A stretch of 53,152 nucleotides of DNA, from IMG/VR virus record IMGVR_UViG_3300029118_000008, one strand, 5' to 3'. The position numbers and the translations under genes are program-made. Shown here piece after piece: positions 48,968 through 53,152 of this stretch (position 1 is the stretch's first letter; each line of letters starts with the position of its first letter). The stretch is from a virus. The notes under the pieces are model-generated. The model did not search any database and was not told where the DNA came from. It was given only the letters and a program-made list of their open reading frames with translations.

Positions 48968-49263
48968 TCTTTAAGCCCCCACATCTCCAGCGTATCGTCG
49001 ATATACTCGGTGTCGCTTTCGTTGCATTCCTTCCAAGGGGTTCTGGGGTCGCCGATAATCGCTTCGATTTTAGCGATTGTCTCTTCTGCCCATTTGCTAC
49101 CATCCTCTTCAAGGTCATTCAGCGCGACAGGATTCCCTTCCGTCGTGAGAATCCACTCACCATAGACGGGTTCGACACCCACATACAGCGTGTAGGTGAG
49201 ACCTTCTTCAGAGCCACAGAACTCGTAGATTTCGGTGTTCTCGTTAACAATAACCTTCTTCAT
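48964..49263 (-). CDS. Small acidic orphan protein (99 aa)
   Basis: ATG at 49263 behind cassette copy 4. By my count, 24 D/E against 7 K/R. Confidence 0.6.
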   Translation of the reverse strand: MKKVIVNENTEIYEFCGSEEGLTYTLYVGVEPVYGEWILTTEGNPVALNDLEEDGSKWAEETIAKIEAIIGDPRTPWKECNESDTEYIDDTLEMWGLKE

Positions 49264-49390
49264 AATGCTTACCTCTTTCTGTCCGGAGCTTTTATTTTGC
49301 ATCGCCCCTTGACACTATGTATTATAGCACAAGATATATACTTTGTCAATATCTTTTTGGGGTTTTCCGCAAGTTTTTTGCAACTTCCAC
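49264..49390 (-). promoter_or_regulatory. Cassette copy 4 (minus strand): upstream A-tract element + perfect promoter + conserved leader
   Basis: Read on the minus strand: gttgcaaaaaacttgcggaaaaccccaaaaagata-TTGACA(49349-44)-N17-TATAAT(49326-21)-acatagtgtcaaggggcgatgcaaaataaaagctccggacagaaagaggtaagcatt-ATG. Confidence 0.7.
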
Positions 49391-49392
49391 TC

Positions 49393-49554
49393 CTATTCCT
49401 TCCGCACTCTTTCCGCCAGCCACTCCGAGATTGCAAGCCGAATGACAGCCGAATCGTTCAGGCTTAACTTTTTTGCTACGTCCTTAATCTGCGCATTCTG
49501 CTCTTTCGTCAGAATTACGCACTTTGCAACCTTGTTACCGTTTTCACTAATCAT
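49393..49554 (-). CDS. RHH (CopG/Arc-like) protein, 53 aa (not in the ORF track)
   Basis: My translation: MISENGNKVAKCVILTKEQNAQIKDVAKKLSLNDSAVIRLAISEWLAERVRKE. ATG lies 8 nt after GGAGGAG. Confidence 0.6.
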   Translation of the reverse strand: MISENGNKVAKCVILTKEQNAQIKDVAKKLSLNDSAVIRLAISEWLAERVRKE

Positions 49555-49561
49555 CTTCTTG

Positions 49562-49993
49562 TTACTCCTCCTTTCTGGGGCTGCCGTAAATCGGCTTACA
49601 CCAATTGCCCATGCTTCCGACCACCACCTGCGGCAAGTAACCGCCTGTGGTGCGGTCGTAGTGCATCAGCGTCAGCTCAATGCCGCGATACACGCAGCCA
49701 CGGATAACCGCCGCCACGCAAGCGGTCAGTCCCGTGACGTAGACGACCAGCGGGTGATTGCCCGTTGTCACCTCGATGTCCGCGTACTCGTTGTCGTTGA
49801 ATCGAGTACCATAATTGGACAAATGTGTCCCCACACGATTGTCAAGGAACGCGTCGACCGTCCGCGACATAGCGCGGAAGTCCGTGGGGTCTACCTCCAT
49901 TTGGAAGATAAACTCGTCCACGGGCATGTCGTGCCGCCCAGCACACAGACCGACGACGACGGCATTGGAAGGAATTTGAAAAGTAAAGTCCAT
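49562..49993 (-). CDS. Orphan alpha/beta-looking protein (143 aa)
   Basis: ATG at 49993 after AGAGGA. VVVGLCAGRHDMP...LVVYVTGLTACVAAVIRG...HYDRTTGGY. No family recognised. Confidence 0.55.
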   Translation of the reverse strand: MDFTFQIPSNAVVVGLCAGRHDMPVDEFIFQMEVDPTDFRAMSRTVDAFLDNRVGTHLSNYGTRFNDNEYADIEVTTGNHPLVVYVTGLTACVAAVIRGCVYRGIELTLMHYDRTTGGYLPQVVVGSMGNWCKPIYGSPRKEE

Positions 49994-50085
49994 AATATTT
50001 CCTCTCGCTTTCTGCCCTCGTAACCTCCGGGGCGGGTGCATGGTTATTCTTCGTCCGGGGGCCTTTTTGTACACTATGTATTATA
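49994..50085 (-). promoter_or_regulatory. Cassette remnant (copy 5): -10 box and truncated leader without a -35, plus a 55-nt segment repeated at 22039-22091
   Basis: Read on the minus strand: TATAAT(50085-80)-acatagtgtacaaaaaggcccccggacgaagaataaccatgcacccgccccggaggttacgagggcagaaagcgagaggaaatatt-ATG. Confidence 0.5.
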
Positions 50086-50119
50086 GCACAAGCATTCTGC
50101 CGGGCGTGCGCCCGGAGCA

Positions 50120-50497
50120 TCAAAGCTCTGCAAGCCAGCGGGTTGCACCGAAGCCGAAGTCACGTTCCAGCTCTTCACGCAGGCAGTACTGCTCTGCGTC
50201 CTCATCTGCCTCCAACCACTCCGTGTCATCCAGCAGTTCCGCTGGAACATTGCGGTCGTCGGTTAGGTACTGCTCCAGCCACATTTCTTGCCCCAGAATA
50301 GCCTCCTTCATGCCACTGTCGGGCTCCAGCATTTCATCCCAACTATCGAAGAATAAGGGGTCGCCGTTCGTTTCGACACACACGCTTCCCGTCGCCGTGT
50401 CGAGGAGGATGTGTCCTCCTTCTTCCCAATTCCCATCGTAGTCCTCGTAGTGGTACGCAGTCACGCGCACCCGCTGCTTCAAAATCGTCTTTTCCAT
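50120..50497 (-). CDS. Strongly acidic orphan protein (125 aa; DNA-mimic-like composition)
   Basis: By my count, 33 D/E against 9 K/R. First gene behind cassette copy 6. Confidence 0.6.
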   Translation of the reverse strand: MEKTILKQRVRVTAYHYEDYDGNWEEGGHILLDTATGSVCVETNGDPLFFDSWDEMLEPDSGMKEAILGQEMWLEQYLTDDRNVPAELLDDTEWLEADEDAEQYCLREELERDFGFGATRWLAEL

Positions 50498-50625
50498 ACG
50501 TTACCTCTTTCTGTCGGGGGCTTTATTTTTTTTGCACCGCCCCTTGACACTATTATTATATCACAAGATATATACTTTGTCAATACCTTTTTGAGGTTTT
50601 CCGCAAGTTTTTTTGCAACTTTCCA
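50498..50625 (-). promoter_or_regulatory. Cassette copy 6 (minus strand): upstream element + perfect promoter + conserved leader
   Basis: Read on the minus strand: gttgcaaaaaaacttgcggaaaacctcaaaaaggta-TTGACA(50583-78)-N17-TATAAT(50560-55)-aatagtgtcaaggggcggtgcaaaaaaaataaagcccccgacagaaagaggtaacgt-ATG. Confidence 0.7.
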
Positions 50626-50689
50626 GCGTTTTGTCTGCATTTCCCAACCGCCAGAATCGCCTATACTATAATCAGTAGGAGGTGGTGCG

Positions 50690-51067
50690 GTGTATATCCA
50701 CTACAACCCTAATCCGCACGGCTTGCGTGTCGGGGATTGCGCTGTCCGCGCAGCATCCAAGGCAGCAGGGAAAACGTGGGGAAGCGCCTATGCGGCACTC
50801 TGTGCGCTGGGTTATGACTGCGGAGACATGCCAAACGCCAACCACGTTTGGGGACGTTACTTGCATGAGCGCGGATTCACGCGCCACGCCCTGCCGGATA
50901 CTTGTCCAATCTGCTATACTGTCGCGGATTTCTGCCGTGAACATCCGCGCGGGGTGTACGTCCTCGGCATCGGCGACCACGTTGTGTGTGCCGTAGACGG
51001 TGACTGGTACGACGCATGGGATAGCGGCGCGGAAATACCAGCGTATTACTGGAAGAGGGGGAACTGA
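50690..51067 (+). CDS. Small papain-like (Cys-His) peptidase-fold protein
   Basis: GDCAVRAASKA (candidate nucleophile Cys) and GIGDHVVCAVDGDWYDAWD (candidate His/Asp). GTG after AGGAGGTGG. Confidence 0.4.
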   Translation: MYIHYNPNPHGLRVGDCAVRAASKAAGKTWGSAYAALCALGYDCGDMPNANHVWGRYLHERGFTRHALPDTCPICYTVADFCREHPRGVYVLGIGDHVVCAVDGDWYDAWDSGAEIPAYYWKRGN

Positions 51068-51070
51068 TGT

Positions 51071-51511
51071 ATGGCGTATGGTTATCCACAATATTATCCA
51101 CAGATTCCGTATTATAACGCGCAGCAGACGGCAATGCCAGACCAGCTTGCGCAGCTTCGAGCAGCACAGCAGCCGATGATGCAGCAGCCATCGCAGCCAT
51201 CAAGCAACGGACTGATTTGGGTGCAGGGGGAAGCCGGAGCGAAAAGTTACCTTGTCGCCAACGGTTCGAGCGTTCTCTTGATGGATAGCGAGAAGCAGAC
51301 GTTTTACATCAAGTCAGCGGACGCGGCAGGAATGCCGTCCATGCGCACGTTTGATTATACGGAGCGCAACGCATCCGTAAAGCCATCCAGCAGCGCGCAG
51401 GACGCGCCGGAGTACGTGACGCGGGACGAACTCAACACGCTTACAAAGCGCCTTGAAGCCCTTGAGGGGCGCAAGAAGAAGGGGGTAACGCAGGATGAAC
51501 CCACTGTTTAA
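51071..51511 (+). CDS. Protein with a Y/P/Q-rich N-terminus, a small beta domain and a C-terminal coiled coil
   Basis: MAYGYPQYYPQIPYYNAQQ...QQPMMQQPSQP, then GLIWVQGEAGAKSYLVANGSSVLLMD. Confidence 0.5.
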   Translation: MAYGYPQYYPQIPYYNAQQTAMPDQLAQLRAAQQPMMQQPSQPSSNGLIWVQGEAGAKSYLVANGSSVLLMDSEKQTFYIKSADAAGMPSMRTFDYTERNASVKPSSSAQDAPEYVTRDELNTLTKRLEALEGRKKKGVTQDEPTV

Positions 51512-51713
51512 CGCACTCGGCGGCGGGCAGATGCCCGGAGCTATTGGCGACTTCCAGCGGATGATGCAGCAGTTTCAGCAGTTTCGCGCGACGTTTCAGG
51601 GCGACCCTGAGCAGGAGGTTCGCAAACTGATTGCATCTGGAAAAATCTCGCAAAACCAGCTTAATCAGCTTCAACAGGCGGCGCAGATGTTTCAATCGTT
51701 CCTCGGTTCTTAA
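51495..51713 (+). CDS. Small Q-rich helical protein
   Basis: FQRMMQQFQQFRATFQ...QNQLNQLQQAAQMFQ. Confidence 0.45.
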   Translation: MNPLFNALGGGQMPGAIGDFQRMMQQFQQFRATFQGDPEQEVRKLIASGKISQNQLNQLQQAAQMFQSFLGS

Positions 51714-51776
51714 CTTTGGCTATCATTGTTGCGCAACAATTTAGCATAAACTTCAAATTCCGAAAGGAGAAAAACA

Positions 51777-52529
51777 ATGAGTATGACCTCGGAACTCTCC
51801 GCTTCTGACGTGGCTCTGCTTTCCGGCAGAAACAGCAACCAGAACGGCGACGGCTTCTTTGGTGGCAATGGCGCATACTGGATTATTATCCTCTTCCTCT
51901 TCGTCTTCTGCGGATGGGGCAATAACGGATGGGGTGGCTTTGGCAATCGCAACGGTGGACAGGGTTCTGTCATGGACGGTTACGTCCTCACCTCCGACTT
52001 CGCCAATATCGAGCGGAAAATCGACAACGTGAACAGCGGCTTGTGTGATGGATTCTATGCACAGGCGCAGCTCACCAATGGCGTACAGATGCAGATGGCA
52101 AACGGCTTTGCGCAGGCGGAACTCTCGCGCGCCAATCAGCAGACCGCGCTGATGCAGCAGCTTAACGCGATGCAGGCACAGGCGGCGGATTGCTGCTGCA
52201 AGACGCAGACGGCAATCCAGGGCGTGAACTACAACCTTGCCACTCAGGCTTGCGACACTCGCAACACCATTCAGAGCGGCGTTCGCGACATTTTGGACAA
52301 CGCCAACGCTAACGCCCGAGCGGTGATTGACGCACTGACGGCACAGCGCATCGAGGCGAAGGACGAGAAGATTGCGGCGCAGAATCAGCAGATTTTCGGC
52401 TTGCAGCTTGCCGCGTCTCAGGCGGCGCAGAATCAGTATCTTGTAAATACGATTCGTCCTTGCCCTGTCCCGGCGTACACGGTAGCCAATCCGTTCTGTT
52501 GCAATCAGGCGCAGTATTGCGCTGGTTAA
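51777..52529 (+). CDS. Membrane protein with a G/N/W-rich juxtamembrane region, a Q/A/N-rich coiled coil and Cys clusters
   Basis: TM segment AYWIIILFLFVFCGW flanked by GNNGWGGFGNRNGGQG. Cys clusters: CCCK, CPVP and FCCNQAQYC. Confidence 0.55.
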   Translation: MSMTSELSASDVALLSGRNSNQNGDGFFGGNGAYWIIILFLFVFCGWGNNGWGGFGNRNGGQGSVMDGYVLTSDFANIERKIDNVNSGLCDGFYAQAQLTNGVQMQMANGFAQAELSRANQQTALMQQLNAMQAQAADCCCKTQTAIQGVNYNLATQACDTRNTIQSGVRDILDNANANARAVIDALTAQRIEAKDEKIAAQNQQIFGLQLAASQAAQNQYLVNTIRPCPVPAYTVANPFCCNQAQYCAG

Positions 52530-52636
52530 GCTCCAGACAGCTTCCTGCTGCCTGTGCAGGATGATCCGACAAACGGCAACTGAAAAAGCGGCGGGGCGTT
52601 GATTGATTCGCGCCCTGCCGCTGAAAGGAGAAAATC

Positions 52637-53062
52637 ATGGCTGAATATACTGCGGCGGCGGCTCAAACCGTCGCCAATGGCAACAACGTCCTTTTTACTG
52701 CAACGCCCGTCTGCGCAACGCGCTGCATCGTCCATCGTGAGGGGTCTGGCATCGTGACACTGCGAGGCATCACCAACGGACAGTGCCGCGCACGTTTCCG
52801 CGTCAATTTTGGCGGCAATATCGCCATTCCGACGGGCGGCACTGCCGGAGCTATCTCTGTCGCGCTTGCAATCGCGGGTGAGGTGCTTCCGGCTTCTACC
52901 GCCATCGTCACCCCTGCGGCGGCGGCACAATACCAGAACGTCAGCGTCGACACCTTTGTTGACGTTCCGGCGGGGTGCTGCACGACCATCAGCGTCAAAA
53001 ATACCGCTGGCGTGGATATTGACGTGCAGAATGCCAACCTGATTGTCACGCGCGTTGCGTGA
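52637..53062 (+). CDS. TNF/C1q-like all-beta protein resembling exosporium BclA-C-terminal / BxpB (ExsF)-type domains
   Basis: IVTLRGI...ARFRVNFGGNIAIPTGGTAGAISVALAI...TTISVKNTAGVDIDVQNANLIVTRVA. There are no collagen repeats. Confidence 0.35.
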   Translation: MAEYTAAAAQTVANGNNVLFTATPVCATRCIVHREGSGIVTLRGITNGQCRARFRVNFGGNIAIPTGGTAGAISVALAIAGEVLPASTAIVTPAAAAQYQNVSVDTFVDVPAGCCTTISVKNTAGVDIDVQNANLIVTRVA

Positions 53063-53152
53063 GGAAAGGAGAAACGCAATGAAGTATCTTCACGAACTTA
53101 AAGAAAAACTCTGCGAAGAGCTGCAAGAGATTGCGGAGAAGCAGGATATGTC

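Noticed and set aside
49309-49340. Possible divergent + strand promoter created by the inverted TTGACA in the cassette leader
   Set aside because: The TTGACA on the + strand (49309-49314) has no acceptable -10 at 16-18 nt; the nearest TATATA is ~20 nt away. No + strand gene follows. The inverted hexamer is better explained as the 5' arm of the leader hairpin.
50644-50672. Promoter for the cargo module (TATAAT at 50667-50672)
   Set aside because: There is only a -10 box. The -35 position reads CCAACC and there is no extended TG. I did not report it as a feature. The module may need an activator or an alternative sigma factor.

Overview
The window is a complete, circularly closed genome of about 53,053 bp: nt 1-99 are identical to 53054-53152. 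It looks like a temperate siphovirus-type phage or excised prophage of a Gram-positive, probably Clostridia-like, host. That host guess rests on strong GGAGG ribosome-binding sites, consensus sigma-A promoters and DnaD/DnaB/SSB-type replication genes. All homology calls are motif recognition by eye from the ORF track. No database search was run.

Gene order:
- Tyrosine integrase, followed by a ~1 kb non-coding region of very unusual composition.
- A lysogeny region with three divergent repressor/Cro-like switches and about ten XRE-type HTH genes.
- A Gam/Erf/SSB/DnaD-like/DnaB recombination-replication module.
- Lar, a radical-SAM-like Gp37/Gp68 protein, a C5 DNA methyltransferase split over two overlapping frames, VRR-NUC, and a sigma-like late regulator.
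- Accessory island I on the + strand (21.6-23.9 kb).
- A ParB-like / DpdA (TGT-like) / small 3-TM protein / YhhQ / PLD-like cluster, a likely 7-deazaguanine DNA-modification module that depends on precursor salvage.
- terS, terL, portal, MuF-like, scaffold, capsid, connectors, major tail protein, and a G/GT frameshift chaperone.
- A tape-measure gene interrupted by a 1082-nt group I intron carrying a GIY-YIG homing endonuclease, then tail tip and fibre genes and a lysis cassette.
- Accessory island II on the - strand (47.5-50.6 kb).
- A seven-gene low-complexity/exosporium-like cargo module next to the presumed attP.

Most interesting candidates:
1. A repeated cassette present in five full copies plus one remnant, in two inverted islands. 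Each copy has a perfect consensus promoter and a conserved 5' leader hairpin, and drives small, strongly acidic orphan proteins followed by RHH/HTH genes (acr-aca-like architecture).
2. The ParB-DpdA-YhhQ-PLD cluster.
3. The intron-split tape measure gene, plus an intron-like relic elsewhere in the genome.
4. The overlapping-frame split methyltransferase.
5. The phased-repeat / TA-block / G-run non-coding region next to int.

No tRNA, rRNA or CRISPR array was recognised.
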